From the NCBI GenBank assembly GCA_045657405.1, contig JAZOTB010000002.1, forward strand, positions 32,523 through 96,522: 64,000 bases of DNA, in the 5' to 3' direction. Below the pieces are notes generated by a model that was not told the DNA's origin, did no database searches, and saw only the letters and a program-made list of their open reading frames with translations. The position numbers and the translations under genes were made by a program. Numbering within the stretch: position 1 is the first letter of the stretch; every line of letters starts with the position of its first letter. Origin of the DNA: Candidatus Enterousia sp. Lineage in GTDB: Bacteria; Pseudomonadota; Alphaproteobacteria; Rs-D84. Shown here in pieces: positions 1 to 8,820 of this stretch.

Positions 1-1660
1 CTTTTGGTGTTTCTGCGTTTGCTTTGACTGTCAAAGTTTTGATTTCATCAACCCATTTCATCAATGTACCAAAGTTACCCGTTAATTCAACAGACACTGT
101 TGGAATCTGACCAGCAATGATTTGACCTTTTGCACCATCAATAGATACCCAATCACCTTCGTGGATAACGGTACCATCTGTTGTTTTTAATGTTTTGGCT
201 TCGTAATCAATTTTAATATCAGGAGAACCAGATACGCATGGTGTACCCATACCACGAGCAACCACAGCGGCATGCGATGTCATACCACCACGTGCTGTAA
301 TAACACCTTGGGCTGCGTTCATACCAGCAATATCTTCTGGCGATGTTTCAATACGTATCAACATAACCTTTTTGCCTTCTGACGCCCATTTTTCTGCATC
401 TTCTGCGTTAAACACAGCCTGACCAACAGCAGCACCAGGAGATGCAGGTAAACCTGTTGCGATAATTTTCTTTTCTGCCTTTGGATCCAACATTGGATGC
501 AACAAGTGATCTAACTGTTCTGCACCAACACGCAAAATTGCTTCTTCTTTGGTCAACAAGCCTTCTTCTACCATTTCAACAGCCATACGAACCGCAGCAG
601 CAGCCGTACGTTTACCATTACGGCACTGTAACATCCACAATTTACCATGTTCAATTGTGAATTCCATATCTTGCATATCTTTGTAATGTGTTTCCAATTT
701 TTCACGAACATCACACAATTCTGCATAAACAGATGGCATCGCTTCTTCTAAAGATAGACGACCTGAATCATCCTTGCTCATTGGCTGTGGTGTGCGAATA
801 CCTGCCACAACGTCTTCACCTTGGGCATTAATCAAATATTCACCATAATATTTATTTTCACCCGTTGCAGGGTCACGACTGAAGCATACGCCAGTTGCTG
901 AATCTTCACCAGAATTACCGAATACCATTGCTTGAACATTAACAGCGGTACCCCAATCTGCTGGAATATTGTTCAATTTGCGGTATGTGATTGCCTTTTT
1001 GCTCATCCAAGAGCCGAACACAGCACCAATACCCATTTCCAACTGTTTCCAAGGATCTTGTGGGAAAACTTTACCAATTTTAACACCAATTTCTTTGAAC
1101 TTTTCAACCAAGTCTTTCAAATCATCTGCTGTTAATTCTGTATCCAGTTTATAACCTTTGTCTTCTTTCATGCGTTCCAATGTGTGTTCAAACAGATCAA
1201 TATCTGCGCCCATAACAACTTCGCTGAACATCATGATAAAGCGACGATAAGAATCGTATGCAAAACGTTCGTTACCAGAAATTTTTGCCAATGCTTTTAC
1301 TGTGTCGTCGTTCAACCCCAGATTCAAAACAGTATCCATCATACCCGGCATTGATACGCGTGCGCCAGAACGAACAGATACCAACAATGGATTTTCCAAA
1401 TCAGCAAATTTTTTGCCCATGATTGATTCAACATGTGCGATACCACTGCGTACTTGGTCCATCAAATCAGCTGGATATGTTTGATTATTTGCATAGTAAT
1501 ATACACAAACGTCGGTTGTAACTGTGAAACCTGCTGGAACAGGCAAGCCAACCAAGTTCATTTCGGCCAAATTTGCACCTTTGCCACCCAACAGATTTTT
1601 CATATCTGCCTGACCTTCGGCCTGACCGTTACCGAAAGTATATACCCATTTATTACTCAT
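1..1660 (-). CDS. ppdK: pyruvate, phosphate dikinase, N-terminal ~553 codons (3' end beyond window edge)
   Basis: Open at the window edge, so absent from the ORF track. Reverse translation from ATG 1660..1658 gives MSNKWVYTFGNGQAEGQADMKNLLGGKGANLAEMNLVGLPVPAGFT. Near position 1 it reads ...GNFGTLMKWVDEIKTLTVKANAETPK. Both are PPDK-typical. AGGAG SD at 1670..1666. Confidence 0.9.
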   Translation of the reverse strand, partial: MSNKWVYTFGNGQAEGQADMKNLLGGKGANLAEMNLVGLPVPAGFTVTTDVCVYYYANNQTYPADLMDQVRSGIAHVESIMGKKFADLENPLLVSVRSGARVSMPGMMDTVLNLGLNDDTVKALAKISGNERFAYDSYRRFIMMFSEVVMGADIDLFEHTLERMKEDKGYKLDTELTADDLKDLVEKFKEIGVKIGKVFPQDPWKQLEMGIGAVFGSWMSKKAITYRKLNNIPADWGTAVNVQAMVFGNSGEDSATGVCFSRDPATGENKYYGEYLINAQGEDVVAGIRTPQPMSKDDSGRLSLEEAMPSVYAELCDVREKLETHYKDMQDMEFTIEHGKLWMLQCRNGKRTAAAAVRMAVEMVEEGLLTKEEAILRVGAEQLDHLLHPMLDPKAEKKIIATGLPASPGAAVGQAVFNAEDAEKWASEGKKVMLIRIETSPEDIAGMNAAQGVITARGGMTSHAAVVARGMGTPCVSGSPDIKIDYEAKTLKTTDGTVIHEGDWVSIDGAKGQIIAGQIPTVSVELTGNFGTLMKWVDEIKTLTVKANAETPK

Positions 1661-1723
1661 GGTTTCTCCTTGCGTTTAATTAAAAAATGCGAAGAGATTG
1701 TGGGGCAGATATCGCATAAAAGC

Positions 1724-1757
1724 AAGAAAAAAATCCACAAAATTGTGGATTTTTTTA
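1724..1757. terminator. hairpin ATCCAC-aaaatt-GTGGAT flanked by an A-run and a T-run (bidirectional intrinsic terminator)
   Basis: Inverted repeat 1733..1750 with an A-run upstream and T7 downstream. It lies after the 91-aa ORF on the - strand. Confidence 0.5.
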
Positions 1758-1791
1758 TCTGAACATACCAGAGCGGTCACGAATCGCTTCT

Positions 1792-2067
1792 TCAAGTGGC
1801 ATTTTGATTTTTTTCGCAGTAACCATCGCTGCAATAATACCCAATGCAACATCCAGCAGGACTTACATTACCTTTGTAAAAAACATCACTAACTGTACTT
1901 TGAATCTTCATATTGACGTAAATAACTTCAAAACTTGCCGGCGGATTTATTTGTGACAGCAATTTATTGCCATAAAAAATTTTTATTGGACTAGATTCCG
2001 AACTAATATAAATACGTACCCGTGGAACAATTGTTGCCTTCGTTTTTTTTATCCATTTTACCATCAT
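1792..2067 (-). CDS. hypothetical small protein with Cys-rich C-terminus (GCCIGYYCSDGYCEKN)
   Basis: 91-aa ORF whose ATG (2067..2065) abuts the ptb stop codon (2070..2068). A terminator follows. No family recognised. Confidence 0.35.
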   Translation of the reverse strand: MMVKWIKKTKATIVPRVRIYISSESSPIKIFYGNKLLSQINPPASFEVIYVNMKIQSTVSDVFYKGNVSPAGCCIGYYCSDGYCEKNQNAT

Positions 2068-2967
2068 TTACTTGATTATACTGCACGCGCACGCAATTGA
2101 AAATAACTTTGAAATATCGCCGTCTGAACGTGAATTAATTATCACAGGCGCCTGTGCACCAACAACAATACCACCAAAAATCCAATCACCAAATTGTACC
2201 ATTGCTTTGATAGTATTATTACCAGCCTCTATATTATCAAATAACAATATATCTGCATCACCTTGGATTCGACCATTGTATTGTTTGATTTTTGCGGCAT
2301 CCGCAGACACAGCAATATCAAACGATATCGGACCACTGATAATACAACCTGAAATTTCGCCATTTTCGTTCATTTTTTGCAACACATCTGCATCAACTGT
2401 TGCCTGCATCGCTGGGTTTAGCGTTTCAACAGCACAAAGGGGCGCAACCAACGGATTTTTTATACCTATATGATGTGCAACCGATACTGCATTTTTTACC
2501 AACTGAATCTTCTTATCTAAATCTGGATACGGCACCATTGCAATATCTGTTAAAAATAATTTACGCTGCAATTTTGGTGAATACAGTACAGAAACGTGTG
2601 ATAAAATACCATTTCCACGAATACCCGTTTCACGATTTAATACGGCACGCAAAATATCCGCAGTATGAATTAAACCCTTCATTAAAATATCTGCGCGCCC
2701 AGAACGAATCAATGACACAGCCATCGTTGCGGCACTTAATTCATTTTCACAATGAATAATTTCAAACGAAGATATATCAACCCCGTTTTCATGTGCAACT
2801 GATTTAATTTGTTTTTCGTCACCACACAGAATTGCGTTTATAAACCCCATTTTATGCGCAGTTTGTAATGACAATAAAACATTTGCATCCGTAGCGTTTG
2901 CTACAGATATTGTGCGCATTTTTTCTGGTCGCAAAGATAATAATAATTTTTCAAATTCTGTATTCAT
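2068..2967 (-). CDS. ptb: phosphate butyryltransferase-type phosphate acyltransferase (PTA_PTB family)
   Basis: Track ORF 2068..3042. Start trimmed to ATG 2967 (MNTEFEKLLLSL...) because the longer form overlaps the upstream porin gene. Collinear with clostridial Ptb as I remember it (ILMKGL..TA..LRAVLN, LFLTD.A, AP.VI.SR.D). Confidence 0.8.
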   Translation of the reverse strand: MNTEFEKLLLSLRPEKMRTISVANATDANVLLSLQTAHKMGFINAILCGDEKQIKSVAHENGVDISSFEIIHCENELSAATMAVSLIRSGRADILMKGLIHTADILRAVLNRETGIRGNGILSHVSVLYSPKLQRKLFLTDIAMVPYPDLDKKIQLVKNAVSVAHHIGIKNPLVAPLCAVETLNPAMQATVDADVLQKMNENGEISGCIISGPISFDIAVSADAAKIKQYNGRIQGDADILLFDNIEAGNNTIKAMVQFGDWIFGGIVVGAQAPVIINSRSDGDISKLFSIACACSIIK

Positions 2968-2975
2968 AATAATAC

Positions 2976-4004
2976 CTAGAAAGTTATTCGCAGACCCGCA
3001 GATATAAATGGCGTTTCTGATGTCATGCCACCTGATATCCAACCGTCAATATTTTCACTGTATTTATATCTGAACGATGCAACAACAGTATTATCAATAA
3101 AATCATCAACTTCACCTTGCCAAACACCCGTATCCGATAACATATATGTCAAAGAAACACTATACTTCAAAACATCATAACTAACACCTGTTCCAACAAC
3201 AAAACCGTCAGACACAGCACCAATTGGATCTTGGTCATATATCACACGACCAGACAAACCAAAAATCCAACTATTATACTGTAAATTCATCCCTAATGAC
3301 ATTTGTGCGCGCCAATCTGCAGTAACGCCAGGTGTATATATTTCATTATCAAAATTATTAGGACGATTCATAAAGGACAAGCCTACAGAATATGCGGATT
3401 TTAATTTTCCAGATGATTGGCGTAATTTTAACCCTGCATCAACTGCCCAATCATAATTATCCGTTATACCAGATACAGATACGCCATACTGGGTACCGTT
3501 ATTTGAATTAGAAACAATATTCATGCGCAATGAATTACTGCGACCAGATGTTAAAACAGTATCTGCAATAACAGCGCCATCAGGAATAATTTTTTCATTA
3601 TACAAAGGTCTATCATTTATACGCAAACCGCCAACATCAGGCAACCCAAGCCCCAATTTTCTGGCAATAGAATCTGTAAAACCAACCTCTATACGACCCA
3701 GATTATCAGATTGAACAAATCCAAAAATTTCACGTGAAAAATAACCTTTATCTAGTGCCGCCTTGTCCAAAGCATAAACAAATCCTAGACTTGTATCTTC
3801 AAAAGAAGTATTTGTTATTTGTCCACGAACACGCCAATCACCAATAGACAATGGCGTTTCAATATCCGGATTTATCATACCAACAGTACCATAACCAGTT
3901 ACTTTTAATGAATTTTTTCCTGCATTGTATTCCAATGCATTCGCAATCTGTGGCAGTCCGAACAACAGAACTGACACAATTGATATATTTTTTATCCAAG
4001 CCAT
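2976..4004 (-). CDS. outer-membrane beta-barrel porin-like protein
   Basis: Signal peptide MAWIKNISIVSVLLFGLPQIANA, alternating Gly/Tyr-rich beta-strand pattern, and a C-terminal ...GLRITF ending in Phe (OMP signature). Confidence 0.6.
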   Translation of the reverse strand: MAWIKNISIVSVLLFGLPQIANALEYNAGKNSLKVTGYGTVGMINPDIETPLSIGDWRVRGQITNTSFEDTSLGFVYALDKAALDKGYFSREIFGFVQSDNLGRIEVGFTDSIARKLGLGLPDVGGLRINDRPLYNEKIIPDGAVIADTVLTSGRSNSLRMNIVSNSNNGTQYGVSVSGITDNYDWAVDAGLKLRQSSGKLKSAYSVGLSFMNRPNNFDNEIYTPGVTADWRAQMSLGMNLQYNSWIFGLSGRVIYDQDPIGAVSDGFVVGTGVSYDVLKYSVSLTYMLSDTGVWQGEVDDFIDNTVVASFRYKYSENIDGWISGGMTSETPFISAGLRITF

Positions 4005-4919
4005 TTATTTTTTACCTTCGCTTTCTTTCAAAATTGCATCACGTAATTTATTGTATGCGCGTTCTTCTATTTGACGTACCCGCTCACGCGATATGCCATA
4101 TTTTTGCGACAAAGATTCTAAGGTTGCAACGGGCTGACGCAATTTTCTTGCAACAAGTATTTCACGATCACGTTCAGACATTTTTGCCAAATGTTTTTTC
4201 AACAAATCATACCCACGACGCCTGAATTCTATTTGTTCCAGCGTATCTTCTATTGTATCACGACCATCTGTCATATTTGACAATATATCCGTACCACCGT
4301 CTTCAGAATTTATCGGTGCATTTAATGACAAATCACGCGCACCAACACGCGTTGCCATGCGTGCAACATCTTTTTCTGGCACCTCTAAATAATCAGCAAT
4401 TTGCTTTGTCTGTTCATCAGTTAAATTATTATCCATAATACCCAATGCGCGTTTAGCACGAGATAAATTAAAGAAAACACGCTTTTGATTTGCAGATGTA
4501 CCGATTCGCACAATAGACCAATTATTTAGAATCGTTTCATAAATTTCTGCTTTGATCCAAAACATTGCGTATGTAGAAAACCTAAATCCTTTTTCTGGGT
4601 CAAATTTTTGCAACGCCTGCATTAACCCCATATTACCACTAGCAATCAAATCACCAACTGGAATACCATAGTTCTTGTAATCATACGCAACCGATACAAC
4701 CAAGCGCAAGTGACTGGCTACCAGCTTTTCTGCAGCAACCTGATCTTTATTTTTTGCCCATTGTGTCGCATATTCGTATTCCTGTTCTGCGGTTAACACC
4801 GGAATTTTTTGTACAGTTTGTATGTACTGCGCCAACCCAGACTCGTCATTAACACCACGCGCAGCAATAATGCTGTTATTTTTTGCAACCGGTAAAGCGT
4901 CCTTGATTTCCTTTGTCAT
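4005..4919 (-). CDS. rpoH: RNA polymerase sigma-32 (heat-shock sigma factor)
   Basis: Track ORF 4005..5042. Start trimmed to ATG 4919 (MTKEIKDALP...). Sigma-70 regions 2 to 4 are present, plus an RpoH-box-like NQKRVFFNLSRAKRAL. Confidence 0.85.
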   Translation of the reverse strand: MTKEIKDALPVAKNNSIIAARGVNDESGLAQYIQTVQKIPVLTAEQEYEYATQWAKNKDQVAAEKLVASHLRLVVSVAYDYKNYGIPVGDLIASGNMGLMQALQKFDPEKGFRFSTYAMFWIKAEIYETILNNWSIVRIGTSANQKRVFFNLSRAKRALGIMDNNLTDEQTKQIADYLEVPEKDVARMATRVGARDLSLNAPINSEDGGTDILSNMTDGRDTIEDTLEQIEFRRRGYDLLKKHLAKMSERDREILVARKLRQPVATLESLSQKYGISRERVRQIEERAYNKLRDAILKESEGKK

Positions 4920-4973
4920 ACCTTTTATAGTATAACATAAATAATTAATTATCAAGCACAGGAGAATTTTATT

Positions 4974-5624
4974 ATGGCTACAATGCTGGAAAGAAATAAA
5001 AAAGTAAAAGCGCCACAAAAAACTTACACAGAACATGCACAAGATGCGTTGTATCGCGAAGTATGGGAAGAAGTTAACAATGAAAAAACTTTACAGTTTG
5101 TAAAAAAATACTCACGCCATATTATGGTTGCTGCTATTACAGTTTTGATTATTGCAACAGGATTTCAAATTGGTATCCGTACATATCATGCAAACAAAAT
5201 CGCAACTGCAATTGCATACGAATCGGCAATTGAAAACGTTGATGCAAATGCACTGATTGCATTATCACATAATACATCTGGCGCAACTGCTGATTTGGCT
5301 TTGTTTCAAGCATATTTACTGAACCAAGATATAAAACAGATAGAAGTACTTGCAAACAATGGAAACACAAAAGACTTCCGTGATTTGGCAAAATTACATA
5401 TTATCGGAAATCGCGGTAACGATATGCCTGCAAAAGATGTAGAAAAATACCTGTCTGATTTAACAACAAAAAATTCGCCTTTTTATTATACAGCGATGCT
5501 GACAATTGCACAAAAATACTTATCCGTTGGCGATACAGATAGCGCTAATAAATGGTTGGACAAAATCATAAACGACAAAGATGCACCTGCAACAATATCA
5601 GGAACAGCACAATCTTTGCGTTAA
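4974..5624 (+). CDS. membrane-anchored TPR-like protein (YfgM-like, usual upstream partner of bamB)
   Basis: One N-terminal TM helix (IMVAAITVLIIATGFQIGI) followed by a helical repeat region. AGGAG SD. Sits directly upstream of the BamB-like lipoprotein. Confidence 0.55.
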   Translation: MATMLERNKKVKAPQKTYTEHAQDALYREVWEEVNNEKTLQFVKKYSRHIMVAAITVLIIATGFQIGIRTYHANKIATAIAYESAIENVDANALIALSHNTSGATADLALFQAYLLNQDIKQIEVLANNGNTKDFRDLAKLHIIGNRGNDMPAKDVEKYLSDLTTKNSPFYYTAMLTIAQKYLSVGDTDSANKWLDKIINDKDAPATISGTAQSLR

Positions 5625-5638
5625 GATGGTGAAAAGTT

Positions 5639-6367
5639 ATGCGTAAATATATTATACAAATATTGTGTGTATTGTCTTTGGTTGCATGTGATAAACATGA
5701 CCCTATTTTACCGGGGACACGAACAGCGATTTTTGACACAACACAAATAAATATTAAAAATCAAGACATTGTTGATTTACCAGAATCTGTCATTGTTGTT
5801 GATAACACAAACTGTAAATATACCCAAGACTCATCTAATGTTATATGGAACGGTGAAAAAAAGATATTTAGCGGATTTGCAACACCAAACGCAGTGGCCA
5901 GCCAACAAACCCCTGTATGCAGTGGTAAATATTTGTACGCAGGACTTACAACTGGCGAACTTGTAAAAATCAACCCCGACACTAGACAAATTGTCTGGAT
6001 TGCTGATATTTATCGCGCCAGTAATTTAACAGGTGGCGCAACAATGGTTGATATTATCGCACCTATTATCCCCTATAAAAATTCCGTATTTGCGGGCAGT
6101 TTAGGTGATGCTTTCTGTAAAATAAACGCAACAAACGGCGAAAAGCAGTGGTGTATAAACATCAGTGTTTCTGTACCATTTATTATTACAGAAAAATATG
6201 CTTTTGTTTTAGACACAAATAAAAAACTGTATGCAATCGCAACAAAAAACGGTGACGTTCTTTGGCAATCAGCGGTTGCAAAAACATCTATTCCAACCTA
6301 TGAAAACGGTATTATTTCTGTTGGAAAACAGCAAATAAATGCACAAAATGGAAAAATAATAAAATAA
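5639..6367 (+). CDS. PQQ-like beta-propeller lipoprotein, BamB-like (short, 242 aa)
   Basis: Lipobox LSLVAC. Repeated ...LYA.. / ..V.W.. propeller-blade motifs. Position after the YfgM-like gene. Confidence 0.55.
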   Translation: MRKYIIQILCVLSLVACDKHDPILPGTRTAIFDTTQINIKNQDIVDLPESVIVVDNTNCKYTQDSSNVIWNGEKKIFSGFATPNAVASQQTPVCSGKYLYAGLTTGELVKINPDTRQIVWIADIYRASNLTGGATMVDIIAPIIPYKNSVFAGSLGDAFCKINATNGEKQWCINISVSVPFIITEKYAFVLDTNKKLYAIATKNGDVLWQSAVAKTSIPTYENGIISVGKQQINAQNGKIIK

Positions 6368-6420
6368 AACTGGACAAACGAAAAAATATATTATATTATT
6401 CATCCGCTGAAACAGCAATC

Positions 6421-6497
6421 GGGTGTTTAGCTCAGTTGATTAGAGCATCTCGTTTACACCGAGAGGGTCGGGGGTTTGAGTCCCTCAACACCCACCA
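6421..6497 (+). tRNA. tRNA-Val (anticodon UAC), CCA encoded
   Basis: Cloverleaf read by hand: acceptor GGGTGTT/AACACCC, anticodon stem TCTCG/CGAGA with loop TT-TAC-AC, T-loop GGGGGTTTGAGTCCCTC, 3' ACCA. Confidence 0.9.
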
Positions 6498-6505
6498 CGA
6501 ATTCG

Positions 6506-6527
6506 TCCGCCAAATGGCGGATTTTTA
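6506..6527 (+). terminator. intrinsic terminator after tRNA-Val
   Basis: TCCGCC-aaat-GGCGGA followed by T5. Confidence 0.7.
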
Positions 6528-6543
6528 TTGGGAAAATGCAAAA

Positions 6544-6780
6544 ATGTCAGAAGAAAAAAGAAAAGAATTAAAAGAAGCGTTAAATACTGCATTATTATGC
6601 GGAATTACGTTTATTGTTGTTGGGCATCTACACAGTTATTTTGGTGGCAACACAGCCAAAGCAACACCAGAAAAAACAGCTGTAACAAAAAATATAATCA
6701 AAAACGATTCTATAAAAACCGATTCGATTCCAACACTTAGTTTTATTCAGGAAAATATAAAACAACAAAAAACTAGATAA
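6544..6780 (+). CDS. hypothetical small membrane protein (78 aa)
   Basis: In-frame part of track ORF 6436..6780 that begins after the tRNA and its terminator (MSEEKRKELKEALNTALLCGITFIVVGHL...). One predicted TM helix. No SD seen. A competing basic ORF occupies another frame. Confidence 0.3.
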   Translation: MSEEKRKELKEALNTALLCGITFIVVGHLHSYFGGNTAKATPEKTAVTKNIIKNDSIKTDSIPTLSFIQENIKQQKTR

Positions 6781-6781
6781 A

Positions 6782-6815
6782 AAAACACCGCCTTAATGGG
6801 CGGTTATTATTTTTG
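6782..6815. terminator. hairpin ACCGCC-ttaatg-GGCGGT with T-rich tail
   Basis: Inverted repeat 6787..6804 between convergent genes. Confidence 0.5.
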
Positions 6816-7352
6816 TTTTTCATAAACTAAAGTATCACACTTGCCAACGCATTTTGCCCAACCTGCCATAGGCAAAACATTTGTTAAAATATACCCATTT
6901 CGTTTGGCAAGACTTTCAGACTTAATATTACCTTTGTCTATTTCTAAAATAATTCTGCTGAATCCATATTTGAATAATTCGTTCTCTAGCGCGGCTAGCG
7001 CTTCGCCCATATACCCGTGTCCATTTTCCGATTCAACCAGCCAATACCCAATTTCACAACTTTTTTCTTTGACATTAAAGAAACGAATACGACCAATTAA
7101 ATTACCTTGTTTATAAATACCAAATAATACACATTGGTTTTCTGTAATTTGTTTATATCTGTGGGATAACTTTTGTAACACTTTGTCCACAGAGATTAAT
7201 TCGCCAAAATGCCCCTGCCACGCAGTTAAATAATTACGATTTTTCTCTATTATATCAAAAATAATTTCTGCATTTTCTGATGTAGGTTCTATAATTCGCA
7301 ATTCTAAACGTTGTGTTTTTATTTTTTTTGGAAAATTTGATAATTGCTTCAT
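6807..7352 (-). CDS. GNAT family N-acetyltransferase (RimJ/RimL-like)
   Basis: TQRLELRIIEP... N-terminus and the acetyl-CoA motif region GYWLVESENGHGYMGEALAAL typical of RimJ/RimL-type GNATs. Confidence 0.75.
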   Translation of the reverse strand: MKQLSNFPKKIKTQRLELRIIEPTSENAEIIFDIIEKNRNYLTAWQGHFGELISVDKVLQKLSHRYKQITENQCVLFGIYKQGNLIGRIRFFNVKEKSCEIGYWLVESENGHGYMGEALAALENELFKYGFSRIILEIDKGNIKSESLAKRNGYILTNVLPMAGWAKCVGKCDTLVYEKQK

Positions 7353-7476
7353 ATTCTGATCTTTTAACTACTGTAAATTATAACATATATTTACATCTAT
7401 AAAATTTTTATTTTTGTATTTTTATAAAATATAAATTACAATGTATGCATTACAAAACACAAAAAAGGAAAAAAAA

Positions 7477-8115
7477 ATGAAAAAGCTTGTATCATTATGC
7501 GCTATTTTATCATTGGTATCTGCATGCACAACAGTAAACCCATACACGGGTCAAACCCAGACAGCAAAATCAACATGGGGAACTGCAATTGGTGCAGCCA
7601 CAGGCGCATTGATTGGCAGTACACAAAGCAGCAAGGGCGCATTAATTGGCGGATTGGCTGGCGCAGCTGTTGGCGGTGGTGTCGGTTATTATCTGGATGC
7701 ACAAGCAGCAGAACTGCGCGCAGAATTAGTGTCCACAGGTGTACAAGTTATTGAATCAGATGATAACATTCGTTTAATCATGCCAGGAAACATCACTTTC
7801 AAGACCGATTCTGCCGATATAAACGCATCTTTTTATCCTGTATTAAATTCTGTTGCAAAAGTATTAAATAAATATAGTAACTCAACTGTTTTAGTATCTG
7901 GTCACACAGACAACACAGGTAGCACAGAATACAATATGAACCTGTCAAAAATGCGTGCAGCATCTGTGGCCGCATATTTAGAGGGTCAAGGCGTAAAATC
8001 AAATCGCTTTGAAGTTATTGGGATGGGATATTCAAACCCAATCGCCAGCAACGATACAGCAGCAGGTCGTGAAAAGAACAGACGTGTTGAAATTAAAATT
8101 ATTCCAAACAAATAA
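7477..8115 (+). CDS. OmpA-family lipoprotein with glycine-zipper region
   Basis: Start trimmed to MKKLVSLCAILSLVSAC (lipobox) with an AAGGA SD. Gly-zipper GAATGALIGS...GGLAGAAVGGGVG. C-terminal OmpA-like domain (GHTDNTGSTEYNMNLSKMRAASVAAYL, NRRVEI). Confidence 0.8.
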   Translation: MKKLVSLCAILSLVSACTTVNPYTGQTQTAKSTWGTAIGAATGALIGSTQSSKGALIGGLAGAAVGGGVGYYLDAQAAELRAELVSTGVQVIESDDNIRLIMPGNITFKTDSADINASFYPVLNSVAKVLNKYSNSTVLVSGHTDNTGSTEYNMNLSKMRAASVAAYLEGQGVKSNRFEVIGMGYSNPIASNDTAAGREKNRRVEIKIIPNK

Positions 8116-8141
8116 AAAAACCCCGTTTTGGGGTTTTTTTA
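8114..8141. terminator. bidirectional intrinsic terminator
   Basis: A-run, CCCC-gtttt-GGGG, T7, between convergent genes. Confidence 0.65.
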
Positions 8142-8148
8142 TTTATAT

Positions 8149-8448
8149 TTATTGTGGCATTGGCATACCCGCGGTTGCTTCGCCCATAACTTTATCAATT
8201 AAAACATCTGCCTTTTGTTTTGCATCTTGGATTGCAACCAACACAGTCGCAGATACAGCATCCGCACCCTGTGATAAAACAGATGGATGAATTGTAATTT
8301 TTTGCACATCATATTTACCTGACATATCAACAATACATGCACCGTTGTTTGCAATACCTTTGACCGTTGTCTGTGCCAGTTTTTCTTGGGCAACAGCAAC
8401 TTTATTTTGTAATTCAGCTGCCTGCGCCATTAAACTTTCCATATCCAT
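8149..8448 (-). CDS. ybaB: nucleoid-associated protein YbaB/EbfC
   Basis: 99 aa. The pattern L.QA..LQ......E.L....V.G.A..G...V...G......I.I.P.... is characteristic of YbaB. Confidence 0.85.
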   Translation of the reverse strand: MDMESLMAQAAELQNKVAVAQEKLAQTTVKGIANNGACIVDMSGKYDVQKITIHPSVLSQGADAVSATVLVAIQDAKQKADVLIDKVMGEATAGMPMPQ

Positions 8449-8449
8449 A

Positions 8450-8806
8450 TTATCTCTCCTTTATGTGCAACATTTGTAATGCATTGCGTGGAATATACAA
8501 AGCATCAGACCAAAATTTTGTTAGTTCCAATTTTGGTATTACTTCATTATTCGCATGTATTCTTGCAGACTCAAAATCAGAAAACACCTTCTTATCAGAA
8601 ACCACAGGCATAATTCTTCTTGTTCCTGCTATACTTGTTGACATCCTTGTCATAATGAAATTATATACATTGGTATTCTTGTCTTGTTCAATTACAGGAA
8701 AAAAGTTTGCACACACATAGGCTCTAATACTTGGAACTTCTTGGACTGGGCAACCTAAATAGGCTGCCCATTGTTCATCCGTCCAAGTTATTTGTTCTGG
8801 CTTCAT
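8450..8806 (-). CDS. hypothetical protein (118 aa)
   Basis: ORF with an AAAGGG SD, packed between pnp (stop 8821) and ybaB (1-nt gap). No family recognised. Confidence 0.5.
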   Translation of the reverse strand: MKPEQITWTDEQWAAYLGCPVQEVPSIRAYVCANFFPVIEQDKNTNVYNFIMTRMSTSIAGTRRIMPVVSDKKVFSDFESARIHANNEVIPKLELTKFWSDALYIPRNALQMLHIKER

Positions 8807-8820
8807 TTACCGTACCCTTT

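Noticed and set aside
2968-3042. Long form of ptb overlapping the porin gene by 67 nt, and the long form of rpoH (4920..5042)
   Set aside because: Homology begins at the internal ATGs (2967 and 4919). The extensions are hydrophobic or Cys-rich junk and create improbable overlaps.
6436-6543. N-terminal part of track ORF 6436..6780 (MIRASRLHREGRGFESLNTHH...)
   Set aside because: This part is the translation of tRNA-Val and its terminator. Only the portion after 6544 could be a real gene.
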